The notes: a model not told the origin generated them from the letters alone. Counted from the stretch's first letter, positions 37,170 through 50,870 are shown. The stretch is DNA of 64,000 nt from Mobula birostris (GCF_030028105.1 NC_092380.1:11869123-11933122), one strand, 5' to 3'. Program-made: numbers and translations.

Positions 37170-38750
37170 ATGGGGCAAGTGATGATGAGTGAAGTTGTCC
37201 CCTCTGGTTCAGGAGCCCGATGGCTGAGGAGTAATAACTGTTCCAGAACCTGGTGGTGCAGGTCCTGGTGTCCCTATACCTTCTTCCTGATGGCAGCAGT
37301 GAGAAGAGAGTGCGACTTGGATGGTGTGGGTCCTCGATAATGGGTGCTGCTTTCCTGTGTAGATGTGCTCAGTGGTGGGAGAGCTTTACCCGCGATGGAC
37401 TGGGTCATATCCACTGCATTTTGTGGGCTTTTCTGTTCAAGGGCATTGCTGTTTCCATACCAGGCCGTGATGCAAACAGTCAATATACTTTCCACCACAT
37501 GTCTACAGAAGTCTGTCAAAGTTTTAGATGACATGCTAAATCTTCACAAACTTCTAAAAAAGTAGAGGTGCTGCTGTGCTTTCTTCACAATGGCACTTAC
37601 GTCCTGAACCCAGGACAGATCCACTAGGGTGATAATGCAAAATAATTTAAAGTTTCTGACCCTCTCCGCCTCTGACCTCCTGATGAGGACTGGCTCATGG
37701 ACCTCCGATTTCCTCCTCCTGAAGTCAATAATCACCTCTTTGGTCTTTCTGACAGTGAGTGAGAGGTTATTATTGTGGCACCACTCAGCGGGTTTTCAGT
37801 CTCCCTCCTATATGCTGATTTGTCACCACCTTTGAATTTGGCCAACGACGGAGGCGCTGTTGGCAAACTTAAATATTGCATTGGAACTGTACCTAGCCTC
37901 ACAGTCATAAGTGTGTGGTTAAGAAGGCATACAGTGCATTGGCCTTCATCAATCGTGGAACTGAGTTTAAGAGCCAAGAGGTAGTGTTGCAGCTATATAG
38001 GACCCTGGTCAGACCCCACTTGGAGTACTGTGCTCAATTCTGGCCGCCCCATTATAGGAAGGAGGTGGAAACCATAGAAGGGGTGCAGAGGAGATTTACA
38101 AGGATGTTGCCTGGACTGGGGAGCATGCATTATGAGAATAGGTTGGGTGAACTCGGCCTTTTCTCTTTGGAGTGACGGAGGACGAGAGGTGACTTGATAG
38201 AGGTGTACAAGATAATGAGAGGCATTGATCGTGTGGATAGTCAGAGGCTTTTCCTCAGGGCTGAACTGGCTAGCACGAGAGGGTATAGTTTTAAGGTGCT
38301 TGGAAGCAAGGGTAAGTTTTTTACGCAGGGAGTGTTGAGTGTGTGGAATGGGCTGCCGGCAGCGGCAGTGGAGGCGGAAACGATAGGGTCTTTTAAGAGA
38401 CTCCTGAATGGCTACATGGAGCTTAGAAAGATAGAGGGCTATGGGTAAAGCCTAGATAGTTCTAAGGTAGGGACATGCTCGGCACAGCCTTGTAGGCTGA
38501 AGGGCCTGTATTGTGCTGTAGGTTTTCAATGTTTCTATAAAGCAAGTAGAGCAGGGGGCTAAGCACACAGCCTTGTGGTGCACCTGTGCTGATGGAGACC
38601 ATGGAGGAGATGTTGGTGTCAGTTTGAACTGACCGGAGTCTGCAAGTGAGGAATTCGAGGATTCAGTTGCATAAGGAGGTATGAATGTCAAGGTAATGCT
38701 TATTGATTAGTTTTGAGGAGATGATCATACTGAATGTTGAGCTGTAAGCA
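37170..38750 (-). mobile_element. Rex1/Babar LINE split by a plus-strand CR1 (about 37915-38540)
   Basis: VESILTVCITAWYG and IIDFRR on minus; the nested CR1 has RPHLEYCAQFW. Confidence 0.8.
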
Positions 38751-40100
38751 ATGACCTAACCTGCCTAAGTTTTTCCGCAAACTCCCTGCTTCCTCAATAC
38801 TACCTTCCCAACCACCAATCTTCATATCATTTGCAGTCTTGGCTACAAAGCCACCAATTCCGTCATCCAAATCTTTGATATATAACGTAATAAGATGCAG
38901 TCCCAAAACCGAACCCTGTGGAACACCGCTAGTTACCGGCAGCCAGCCAGACATGGCCCCTTTTATTCCCACACTTTACCTCCCACCAGTCAGCCAATCT
39001 TCTATCCATGCTTGTATTTTCCTGCAATACCACGGGCCTCTTATCTTGCTTGACAGACTCATGTGTGACACCTTGTCAAAGGCCGTCTGAAAATCCCAGT
39101 AAACAAATTCAATCAAATTCAAGTTTAATTATCTTTCAACCACGCAGCAATACTGTGCAGCCAAATAAAACAATGTTCCTCTGTGGCTAAGGTGCGAAAC
39201 ATACACAGCACATTCAAAACAGTGAGCAAAAAAAAATAGTCACACAAAAAAAATCACTGACGACTCCTCCGTAGAGATTGTTAAGAGCACCAAATTTCTT
39301 GGTGTTCACCTGGCGGAGAATCTCATCGGTCCCTCAACACCAGCTCCATAGCAAAGAAAGCCCAGCAGCGTCTCTACTTTCTGCGAATGCTGAGAAAAGT
39401 CCATCTCCCACCCCCCCATCCTCACCACATTCTACAGAGGATGTATCGAGAGCATCCTGAGCAGCTGCATCACTGCCTGGTTCAGAAATTGCACCATCTC
39501 GGATCGCAAGACCCTGCAGCGGATAGTGAGGTCAGCTGAGAAGATCATCGGGGTCTCTCTTCCTGCCATTACAGACATTTACACCACACGCTGCATCTGT
39601 AAAGCAAACAGCATTATGAAGGACCCCACACACCCCTCATACAAACTCTTCTCCCTCCTGCCATCTGGCAAAAGGCACCGAAGCATTTGGGCTCTCACGA
39701 CCAGACTGTGTAACGGTTTCTTCCCCCAAGCCATCAGACTCCTCAATACCCAGAGCCTGGACTGACACCAACCTACTGCCCTCTACTGTGCCTATTGTCT
39801 TGTTTATTATTTATTGTAATGCCTGCACTGTTTTGTCAACTTTATACAGTCCTGGGTAGGTCTGTAGTCTAGTGTAGTTTTGTGTTGTTTTACGTAGTTC
39901 AGTGTAGTTTTTGTATTGTTCATGTAGCACCATGATCCTGGAAAACGTTGTCTCGTTTTTACTGTGTTCTGTACCAGAAGTTATGGTCAAAGTGACAATA
40001 AAAAGTGACTTGACTTGACTTGATTCTCCTTTGTCTATCCCACCTATTATTTTCTCAAAGAATTCCAACAGATTCATCAGGCAAGATTCTCCCTTAAGGA
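38750..40100 (-). mobile_element. CR1 RT fragment interrupted by a plus-strand Rex1 3' end (about 39255-40022, (gactt)n tail)
   Basis: VTSGVPQGSVLG and SCLMNLLEFFE flank the insert. Confidence 0.8.
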
Positions 40101-40825
40101 AAATCAAAATGGTCAAAATCAACTGGCTACTTGCTTACACAGATATCAGGTATAAAAAAGGTGATCAGGAGCAACATGCCCCCAAAATGGACAGTTATGG
40201 TATTGTAAGCAAAAGCTAGCAAATGTCTAATACATTTAATGATCACTCAAGTGTGAGCTGGCCATTGCACACCACCGATTGCAAACCTAACAAGGAGCCC
40301 TGAGGCAATAGGACACCAGATTCTGTTGTACTGTCACAAGACACATATACATGGACATCTGCATGCAGATGCCTGCTCATGCGTTACTTGCACACAAATT
40401 TTAACACCACAGCCATATCCATGTGCAGACATGCATGTTATGCTTTGTAACTTCAGAATGTTAAACTAATTCAAAGGAAGACATGCGAGTCCGGGAGTGG
40501 AGGTCTAACTTGGTGTTTACTTTTAGCGAGGCGAGCACGTATCATGTAGTATCGTGATGACATATGGAATTCACATTTTTACATAAGACCATAATTAATT
40601 ATTTAAACAAACAAGAATGCTTAATCAAATAATATATATAAAAGACACAAGAGGTGCTGCAGATACCAGAAATCTAGAGCAATACACACAATGTGCTGGA
40701 GGAGCTCAGCGGGTCAGGCAGCATCTATGGATGGAAAGAAACAGTCGACATTTCGGGCCGAGACTGTTCATGAGTTTGGACGAAGGGTCTTGGACCTAAG
40801 CATCGACTGTCTATTCCCATCCATA

Positions 40826-41250
40826 AATCAGACTTGGGTTTAGTATCACCAGCATATGTCACAAAATTTGTTAACTTTATGACAGCAATACATTGAAATA
40901 CATGATAAATAAATATAGAGGAAAAAAACTGAATTACAGTAAGTTTGTATATATGTATATGTCTATTAAATAATTGAGTTAAAATAAGTAGTCCAAAATA
41001 CAACAGAAATAAAAAGTAGTGAGGTAGTGAATCAGATGGCGGGGGAAAGGAGCTGTTCCTGAATCGCTGAACGTGTGCCTTCAGGCTTCTGTACCTCCCT
41101 CCCGATGGTAACAATGAAAAGAGGGCATGTCCTGGGTGGCGGGGGTCCTTACTGATGGATGCCACCTCTCTCGGGCACCGCTCTTTGAAGACGTCTCGGG
41201 TACTACAGAGGGTAGTGCAGTGCCCATGATGGAGCTGACTAGTTTTACAA
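40826..41250 (-). mobile_element. Rex1/Babar 3' fragment, adjacent to a Penelope-derived fold-back (about 40645-40825)
   Basis: HPGHALFSLLPSGGRYRSLKAHVQRFRNS. Confidence 0.75.
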
Positions 41251-42169
41251 GATGGATACGGACCTGCTGGGCTCCTCTAGCTCATTGTGAGTATTGCAAT
41301 ATGAATGTGCAGGGCTACTTGAGAAAATGCCCCCACTTCAATTGGGGTATTAGTTTGAGGATTTAAACCCAGTGACAAAAATGAACCGGTAACATATTCT
41401 AAAGAAGGATGGCGCGCAGCTTGGAACGGAACCTGAAACTGGTGGTGACGTGGTGGCTCCACGCACCAGCTGCCTTTGCTTTTCTTGGTGCTAGGCGTTG
41501 TAGATTTAGGAAATGTCGTCCGAGTAGCTCAGGCAATCAACCACAGTGTAATTTGTAACCTGTTGTTGGAGTGAGTGAATGTTTCAGGTGACGCACGGGG
41601 TACCTATCAAATGGATTACTTTGGATGATGTAGCACTTCTTGTGTATTTTTGGACCTGTACTTATCCAGGCAGATGGAGAGTGTTCTCCACGTTGACACT
41701 GAAAACACTTTCAGTCAGAAGGAGCGTCACTCAGCCACCCAACCCCTAACCTGCTCCTGTACACAATAGCCCAATTGAGATTCCAGTCAATAGAGAATGT
41801 CCCAGCAATGTTCAATGGTTCAATGGTTCCATTTAGTACCAGGGAATGTATACAACCTGAAATTCTTACTCTTCACAGACATCCAGAAAACAGAAGAAAA
41901 ACCCCAAAGAAAATCTCTCTCACAAACACACACCGAGAGTAAGAGTGAAAGGTGAAACATTTAAGGGGAACGTGTGGGGAAACTTCTTTACTTATAGGGT
42001 CGTGAGAGTGTGCAACAATCTGCCAGCACCAGTGGTGCATGCAAGCTCGATTTCAACATTTAAGAGAAGTTTGGATAGGTACATGGATGGTAGGGGTATG
42101 GAGAGCTATGGCCCCAGTGCAGGTTGATGGGAGTAGGCAGCTTAGAAGGTTTGCATGTAGTAGATAATA

Positions 42170-44260
42170 GACAATAGATGCAGGAACAGGCCATTCGGCC
42201 CATCGAGCCAGCTCTGCCATTCACTGTGATCATGGCTGACCATCCACAATCAGTACCCTGTTCCTGCCTTCTCCCCATATCCCTTCACTCCGCTATCTTT
42301 AGTCATAGTCATAGTCATACTTTATTGATCCTGGGGGAAATTGGTTTTCTTTAAGAGCTCTATCTAACTCTTTCTTGAAAGAATCCAGAGAATTGGCCTC
42401 CACTGCCTTCTGAGGCAGAGCATTCCACAGATCCACAACCCTCTGTGTGAAAAAGTTTTTCCCCAACTCCATTCTAAATGGTCTAACCCTTATTCTTAAA
42501 CTGTGGCCTCTGCTTCTGGACTCCCCAACATCGGGAACATGTTTCCTGCCTCTAGCGTGTCCAATCCTTTAATAATCTTATGTTTCAATCAGATCCCCTC
42601 TCATCCTTCTAAATTCTAGTGTATACAAGCCCAGTCACTCCAATCTTTCAACATATGACATTCCCGCCATCCCTGGAATTAAACCAGTGAACCTGCGCTG
42701 TACTCCGTCCATAGCAAGAATGTCCTTCCTCAAATTTGGAGACCAAAACTCCACACGATACTCCAAGTGGGGTCTCACCAGGGCCTTGTACAACTGCAGA
42801 AGGACCTCTTTGCTCCTATGCTCAACTCCCCTTGTTATGAAGGCCAGCATGCCATTAGCTTTCTTCACTGCCTGCTGTACCTGTATACTTACTTTCAGTG
42901 ACTGATGAACAAGGACACCCAGATCTTGTTGTACTTCCCCTTTTCCTAACTTGACACCATTCAGATAGTAATCTGCCTTCCTGATCTTGCCACCAAAGTG
43001 GATAACCTCACATTTATCCACATTAAACTGCATCTGCCAGGCATCTGCCCACTCACCCAACCTGTCCACGTCACCCTGCATTCTCATAACATCCTCCTCA
43101 CATTTCACACTGCCACCCAGCTTTGTGTCATCTGCAAATTTGCTAATGTTACTTTGAATCCCTTATCTAAATCATTAATGTATATTGTAAATAGCTGCAG
43201 TCCCAGCACCGAGCCTTGCGGTACCCCACTAGTCACTGCCTGCCATTCTGAAAAGGACCCGTTAATCCCTACTCTTTGCTTCCTGTCTGCCAACCAATTT
43301 TCTATCCATGTCAGTACCTTACCCCCAATACCATTTGCTCTAATTTTACCCACTAACCTCCTATGTGGGACCTTATCAAAGGCTTTCTGAAAGTCCGGGT
43401 ACACTACATCCACTGGCTTTCCCATGTCCATTTTCATAGTTACATTCTCAAAAAATTCCAGAAGATTAGTCAAGCATGATTTCCCCTTCGTAAATCCATG
43501 CTGACTCGGACCTATCCTGCTACCGCTATCCAAATATGCCGCTATTTCATCTTTTATAATTGACTCCAGCATTTTCCCCACCACTGATGTCAGACTAACT
43601 GGTCTATAATTCCCTGTTTTCTCTCTCCCTCCTTTCTTAAAAAGTGGGATAACATTAGCTACCCTCCAATCCGCAGGAACTGATCCTGAATCTATAGAAC
43701 ATTGGAAAATGATTACCAATGCATCCAGGATTTCTAGAGCCATCTCCTTAAGTACCCTGGGATGCAGACCATCAGGCCCTGGGGATTTATCAGCCTTCAG
43801 TCGCGTCAGTTTACCCAACACCATTTTCTGCCTAATGCGACTTTCCTTCAGTTCCTTCGTTACCCTAGGTCCTCTGGCCACTATTACATCTGGGAGATAG
43901 TTTGTGTCTTCCCTAGTGAAGGCAGATCCAAACTACCTGTTCAGCTCGTCTGCCACTTCCTTGTTCCCCATAATAATTTCACCCGTTTCTGTCTTTAAGG
44001 GCCCTACTTTGGTCTTAACTAATTTTTTCCTTTTCACATGCCTAAAGAAGCTTTCACTATCCTCCTTTATATTCTTGGCTAGCTTACCTTTGTACCTCAT
44101 CTTTTCCCCCCGTATTGCCTTTTTAGTTATCTTCTGTTGCTCCTTAAAAGCCTCCCAATCCTCTGGCTTCCCGCTCATCCTTGCTATGTTATACTTCCTC
44201 TCTTTTATTTTTATACTGTCCTTAACTTGCCTTGTCATCTACAGTCGTCCCTTACTCCCC
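42170..44260 (-). mobile_element. Young CR1 LINE, ORF2 RT region, frameshifted
   Basis: KSPGPDGLHPRVLKE, NYRPVSLTSVVGK, DFQKAFDKVPH, SGVPQGSVLG. Confidence 0.95.
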
Positions 44261-44671
44261 TTAGATGGGCCAAAGGGCCTGTTTCTGTGCTGTACTTTTC
44301 TATGGCTCTATAATAGGCAATGATAACTGAGTATACTGTACTTGTCTTAAGTTTTCACAGATATAAATTAACATAATTTAATTTTAATGCTGTCTATAAC
44401 ATGACAGTTGAGTAATGACAATTTCTTGGTCCTATTAGGCCAAAGAAGCAGTTGTATTGGAGAGGATACTGGCAAGTGTCTAGTATTGGGACTTGCTCAC
44501 GTAGCACCAGCCAACCTTCTAATTAAAATTAAAGATATTCCCATGAACAAGCATTGCAATGTCGTTGAACAATTTGTGCTTAGTTGCCACGTGTATCACA
44601 ATGTGCTCTGGCAGTATCAGAACCCAAGTGTGAACAAACAACAGATTCTGATGTAGAGAGGGCAACCAGAT

Positions 44672-44677
44672 TTTATT
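44672..44677 (-). terminator. Candidate poly(A) signal of the Ig receptor gene
   Basis: AATAAA on the minus strand about 380 nt after the stop, in unique sequence. Confidence 0.4.
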
Positions 44678-45055
44678 CAATAATAATTCCAACAGAACCT
44701 CGATGGCTCGGCCAAGCAGCACCGTGAGAAGCAACATTCTCAAAACTAGGACCCCGCGATTAGCGCTAATTGGGCGTCCGCTTACATAACACAAGTAACA
44801 CGGAATCCCCAAGCCAAATAAACCTAGCAGTTTAAACAAAAAGCACCAGGAGACCGCATTACAAAGAACGAGTCGCTCGAGAAAAACACAAGAAACTCTA
44901 AATGACTAACGACTCTCGTTAAGCAACAATTAACCAGTTCAAGTGCTGTAAAAACCTTGGAGCTCAATGCACTCTGGCCTGAAGAGCTAGAGACTGGAAA
45001 AGCACACTAAGGGATTTAATAATTCATTCATTCATTTTAAAATTATCTGTGAACA

Positions 45056-45204
45056 TTATACATTTTCTTGTACTGCCATCTCTGCCTTGTATTTCTTTGA
45101 ATCTTCCACATAGTCAGGATATAATATCCAGGTAATGAGGACAACTATGTGTAGGATAAACACAATCATCAGTCGAACACTCACTGCTATTGGCCAGAGC
45201 ATTT
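45056..45204 (-). CDS. LRC-like Ig receptor exon 4: transmembrane helix with Arg, plus short tail
   Basis: ttatttctctccattag acceptor, phase 1; EMLWPIAVSVRLMIVFILHIVVLITWILYPDYVEDSKKYKAEMAVQENV*. Confidence 0.75.
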
Positions 45205-45899
45205 CTAATGGAGAGAAATAAGGACATAATTAACTTTCAGAACAAAAAAGCAACATCCACAGAAAATATTCACTGTTAATGATTTAATCTTTATTCAGAT
45301 TTGCAAGGCAAATTTCTTGCAATTTCAAGAAAAAAAGAGGCAATTATTTTTCTTAGTCTCTGATCCTTATCATAAGTCAAGAGCTCTACAAAAAAAACTA
45401 ATTATTGAGTAATCATTGTTGTTATGCCCAAGAATAGAAACTGGAAAATCCCAAAGACTACAGAGAAAATTTGTGACTTTCTGATATTTAATTGTTACTC
45501 CAATCTGTTCTCCCCAAAGCATTATCTTTCACCCAGACCAATATCTACATCATAAAATTTTCCAGTTCTGATGAAAATTCACCAAGCTTAAACAATATAT
45601 TTTTCTCTTTCTCTGAAGATGCTGCCTGACCTGCTGGGTATTTGTAGCACGTCCTGCTTTTCTAAGGGTTAATGTCTCATCTTGATTCCCCAGAAATTGG
45701 CGCCAACACATTTGTGACCCCGCTTCTGTGTGATCTTCCAGGCCAACTTTGACCAGCAGTAAAGATTTCCTGGACTTCTCTCAGCATTTCCTACATGATA
45801 ACACCTCCGGTAATGCAGAGTTCCCTCGGCATTCTTGTGAGATGTTAGGCCAGCCCTATAGTGCGGGTAGACTCAAGTAGCTCAGAGGTGAAAATGCTT

Positions 45900-46390
45900 T
45901 CAAATGTCCAGTTTCAGGCCAGCTGATTCCCCTATGTCTATATTCTCCCCACCCGATCCGCCCAGTCCTTCCGACACCCACTCCCAGTCCCCCGGCACCA
46001 TCTCATTCCCCTTCTCTACCCACTCCGTCTGCCCATCATCAACACTGAATCCCACTGGAACCCCTTCTCCTACTGTTCCCACCTCTCTTATTTGGTTCCA
46101 TGCTCCTCCTTCCTTTGCTGTCCAATTCCATCATTTGCAGCCCTTTGGTTGCCTCCACCCATCACCTTCCAGCCACTGATACGACTTTCACTCTTCCATC
46201 CTCCATCTGCCTTTACCTCTCCTCACCTGGATGCACCTATCACTTACCAGCCCCTCCTCTACCTCAAACCCTCACCTCTTTGCTGGTTTTCTCCCCCTAC
46301 CTCTCAGTCCAGATGAAGGGAAACATTAACTACCTATTTCTCCCTGCAGATGCTGCCTGACCCCTTAAGTTCCTCCAGCAACGTGGCATC
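45900..46390 (+). mobile_element. Penelope 3' pLTR remnant
   Basis: Pyrimidine-rich tract, decayed hammerhead (cagtccagatgaaggg), gatgctgcctgac end. Confidence 0.6.
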
Positions 46391-47006
46391 TTTCAGAATC
46401 AGAATCAGATTTAATATCACCGGCATGTGCTGTGAAATCGGTTGACTTTGCGGCAGCGGTACAATGCAATACCCAGTAATAGATTATTTCATACATTGAA
46501 TTGCAGAAAGTATATGTATATTAAATAATTAAATAAGTAGTGCAAAAATAGTAATTTTAAAAAAGTAGGTGATCATGGGTTCAATGTCCATTCGGAAATC
46601 GGATGGCAGAGGGGAAGAAGTTGTTTCTGAGTCATTCAGTGTGAGCTTTCAGGCGTCTGTACCTCCTTCTTGATGGTAGCAAAGAGAAGGGTGCATGTTC
46701 TAGGTGATGAAGGTCCTTAATGATGGAAGAGGAACTGCTCCTTGAAGATGTCCTGGATACTACGGAAGCTAGTGTCCATAATGGAGCTGACTGATTTTAT
46801 AACTCTGCAGCCTACTACTCCCCAAACCAGAGAGTGATGCAGCCAATTAGAATGCTCTCCATAACACATCTGTAGAAACTTGCGAGTGTCTTTGGTGATA
46901 TACCAAAACTCCTCAAGCTCTTAATTGCCAGTGATATTAAACCTGATTCTGATTCGAAAAATGCCACATTGCTGGAGGAACTTAACCAGTCAGGCAGCAT
47001 TTGGGT

Positions 47007-47750
47007 CTTTATTCTTTGGAGCGTAGAAGGTTGAGGGGGGACTTGATAGAGGTATTTAAATTATGAGGGGGATAGATAGAGTTGACGTGGATAGGCTTTT
47101 TCCATTGAGAGTGGGGGAGATTCAAACAAGAGGACGTGAGTTGAGAGTTAAAGGGCAAAAGTTTAGGGGTAAAATGAGGGGGAACTTCTTTACTCAGAGA
47201 GTGGTAGCTGTGTGGAATGAGCTTCCAGCAGAAGTGGTTGAGGCAGGTTCGATGTTGTCGTTTAAAGTTAAATTGGATAGTTAAAGATAAAGGCATCCGT
47301 TAGTCTTGTGAGACCATGGATCTGCGCCTGGAAAGTCTTCACTCTCCAGGGCACAGGCCTGGGCAAGATTGTATGGAAAACTGGCAGTTGCCCATGCTGC
47401 AAGTCTCCCCTCTCCATGATACCAATGTTGTCCGCGGGAAGGGCATTAGGAGCCATACAGCTTGGCACCAGTGTCGTCACTGAGCAATGTGTGATTAAGT
47501 GCCTTGCTCAAGAACACAACACGTTCCCTCGGCTGGACCTCAAACTCACGACCTTCAGGTCACTAGTCCAATGCCTTAACCACCTGGCCACGTGCCCACA
47601 CGTAGATAGATATGTGGACAGGAAAGGAATGGAGGGTTATGGGCTGAGTGCAGGTCAGTGGGACTAGGTGAGAGTAAGAGTTCGGCACGAACTAGAGGGG
47701 CCGAGATGGCCTGTTTCCGTGCTGTAATTGTTATATGGTTATGTGGTTAA
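47007..47750 (+). mobile_element. CR1 3' end with a nested minus-strand tRNA-SINE (about 47284-47601)
   Basis: MRGIDRVDVDRLFPLRVGE...; the CR1 frame resumes after the SINE. Confidence 0.85.
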
Positions 47751-48859
47751 TGAAATACAGCCACTGTCTTGCCTTCTTTGTAGCTGCATCGATATATTGG
47801 GACCAGGATAGATAATCAGAGATATTGACATCCAGGAATTTGAAATTACTCACTCTCTCCAGTTCTCTCTCACTCTCTCCACTTTTTGATTTACTCTTGA
47901 TTCCAGCAGCTGCAGAGTCTCGTGTCTCTGCTTTCCATCGAGCCACGATTATAGGGTTGGCAGCTTTAAACGATCCAAGTCACGGTCTGGAAACGATTAC
48001 AGTACTGCAGTGACAGAAGTGTTTCACGGGGTGTCTAACTCTATGGAACATCCTGAGCTGGTGAAAGACACAATCGAAGTGCATGCTGTTCTCAAAGAAG
48101 CCTGTTAGTTCTAATTGATCACACAGCTGAGCTGTGGAATCAGATGCAGCCAGCTAACTTTTCTACCGGCATATTTAATGCTCTCTAGAATCTCTGAAAG
48201 CTAACACACATGGAGGCGTTAAAACAAGAATGGGATTCTTTCTCCCCCTGACTGATGTGAATTGTTGCATTTCACTGCTGGACCCTGTATTGCTTTTATG
48301 ATCCAATCAGGCTCTCCCAAGTGAGTTAGATCAGAGATTAATTCCATCCTTTTCCATTTGTTTTTGTTTGTTTGTTTATTTATTTATGGGGAAACGGAAC
48401 AGGCCCTTCTGGCCTTTCCAGCCGCACTGCCCAGCAATACCCCGATTTAATCCTCGCCTAATCATGGAGCAATTTACAATGACCACCTAACCTACCAATT
48501 GATAGGTCTTTGGACTGTGGGAGGAAACTGGAGCACCTGGAGGAAATCCACGTGGAAGAACGTACAAACTTCTTACAGGCAGTGGCGGGAATTGAACCCA
48601 GATCGTGGGTACTGCATATGAATATATACTGAATATGATGGCTCCCCCCCAGTACTTTTCACTGCCACAATACCAGCCTCACAGCCACTACAATAGCTAC
48701 ACATACGGACGCACAAACCCCCGGGTGGCCTCACCAACATCTTCCCCACTCCCACAGAGGGGTCACCCTGGAAACATTTCCTACAGCCATAGTCTCTTCA
48801 CCAATGAAAGGGACGACAGGTTTTTTAAAACCTCCGGTTACCCCATACACACTACAATG

Positions 48860-49015
48860 CCCAACTGGCACTTTCAGATTTAAACACTCTGGAGAGTGTT
48901 TTAGAAAAGCTCCATTTTCGGGGGAGGAAAACACCGTTTCAGTGTGGACGGAGGGTCAAAACGAAGAGAAAAAACTTTGGTTATGGATTTATCCGGTCTA
49001 GTGTGGACGTAGCCT
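48860..49015. mobile_element. PIF/Harbinger-like transposon end
   Basis: Terminus ...ctagtgtggacgtagcct (reverse complement aggctacgtccacactag) with internal gtgtggacg repeat. Confidence 0.5.
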
Positions 49016-49662
49016 GAGTTACCTGCTCAAGCCAGCCTTTCATCTCATACAGCCTCTGCTGAGTTTGCAGTGAGTTGCAGCCAATTCTATGAAATAGAAT
49101 CCGTTATTTCAGAAATTATAGCAAACAGATTTCAGTTTACAAGCATTCTATCATTCCCAATCCAGCATACAGGGGCAAAAATAAACTCCGCAGGCCAGCA
49201 AGATACTGGGGGGGGTGCTGGAAAACTGAAATAAAACAGAAACTGTTGGAAACACTCAGTAGGTCGGGTAGCATCTATAGAGTGAGAGAAATGGGGTTAT
49301 TATTCCAGGTTAATGACCTATACTCAGAACACAAATATATGACCAGGTTAGTGACTATTATCCAGAACACAAATATATCAGAGATATACTATAATTAGAG
49401 GCATGACAAGTATTGAGACAGGGAAGGTTGATAGGTGACAAGGAGGAGAAAAGTTTTTTCGATGGGAAGGTCATTGTTAGGGTGGAAGGGAGGAGTGATG
49501 AAATTACATTAGAGAAGATGGTGCAAAGGATATGTAAGGAAACAGAGGCCAGCTCCAGAGGAGGTGTGAATGGCAAGAGCCAACAATGACAGCAGAGGTG
49601 AGTGTAAATCTGTAAGAATCATTGCCAACAAGCGATTTAATTTTTCTTCATTATGATTGAGG

Positions 49663-49970
49663 GTGTGTTGGCACGTGGCCAAGTGGTTAAGGCGTCAGTC
49701 CAGTGATCTGAAGGTCGTGAGTTCGAGCCTTAGCTGAGGCAGCATGTTGTGTCCTTGAGCAAGGTACTTAACCACACATTGCTCTGCGACGACACCAGTG
49801 CCAAGCTGTATCGGCCCTAATCCCCTTCCCTTGGACAACATCGGTGGCGTGGAGAGGGGAGACTTGCAGCATGGGCAGCTGCCGGTCTTCCATACAACCT
49901 TGCCCAGGCCTGTGGCCTGGAAACCTTCCAAGGCGCAAATCCATGGTCTCATGAGACTAACGGATGCCTA
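49663..49970 (+). mobile_element. tRNA-derived SINE, full length
   Basis: A box TGGCCAAGTGG, B box GTTCGAGCC; 11-bp TSD tatgattgagg. Confidence 0.85.
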
Positions 49971-50369
49971 TATGATTGAGGAGAGAATATTGGGGCAACA
50001 AGGTTAGTTCAATGTTTTACAGTACCAGAAACCTGGGTACAATTCCTGCAGCCATCTGTAAGGAGTTTGTACATTCTCCCCATGACAGTGTGGGTTTCTC
50101 CCGGGTCCCATGGGCCAAGGATGTAGCGGGTCTGGGCTTAAATCAGAGGTTGCTGTCCAAAGACAAACCTGTTGGTAGGTTAATTGGCCGTTGTAAACTG
50201 GCCTGTGATTAGGCTAGGGTTAAACTGGTGGTTGCTGGGGTGACACGGCTCGAAGGGTTGGAAGGGCCCATTCCATGCTGTATCTCAATAAACACAGAAC
50301 CAATGGGAAAGTGTCCATTGCAATCAGTACAAGAGACTTCAACTGGTAATGATAGTTATATTATCAAGT

Positions 50370-50870
50370 TGGGGATTAGGGACATTATGTTGCAGTTAAA
50401 ATAGTTGTGGGTCAGGCCACACTTTGACAATTTCCATCATCCTGCTGTTGTGAAAGACATTGCCAAGCTGTAGAGGGTGCAGAAGAGATTTATGAGGATG
50501 CTACCTGAACTTCAGGATTTGGGTTATAAGGAGGGTTTTTCCTCGCTGGATCTTCATTCCCTGGAGGACAGGAGAATGAGGTAGAACAACTTATGGAAGC
50601 TTATGAAGGATATGGATAAGGTAGACAGTTATAGTCTTTTCCCTCAAGTTTGGGGAGCCCAAAACTAGAGGGTACAGATCCAAGAGGGGAGAGATTTAAG
50701 AGACCTAAGAGGCAACTTCTTTACACAGAGGGTGGTGAATACCTGGAATGAGCTGCCAGAGGAAGTGGTCAATTGAAACATTTAAGAGGCATTTGGATAG
50801 GTGCTAGGAGGGCTATGGGCTAAACATGAGACTAGCGAGAATATGTTGTGGATGTCATGGCTGTGGGCAG
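50370..50870 (+). mobile_element. Old CR1 3' fragment
   Basis: Decayed VRPH..., RVQKRFMRMLP, FFTQRVV. Confidence 0.7.

Noticed and set aside
44519-44900. Hydrophobic minus-strand ORF as the receptor's TM exon
   Set aside because: No phase-1-compatible acceptor; it lies downstream of the better TM exon's stop and spans the candidate poly(A) signal, so it is probably 3' UTR
49663-49740. tRNA-like sequence, also at about 47530-47600
   Set aside because: Head of a SINE: it continues into a shared 300-bp body with a TSD
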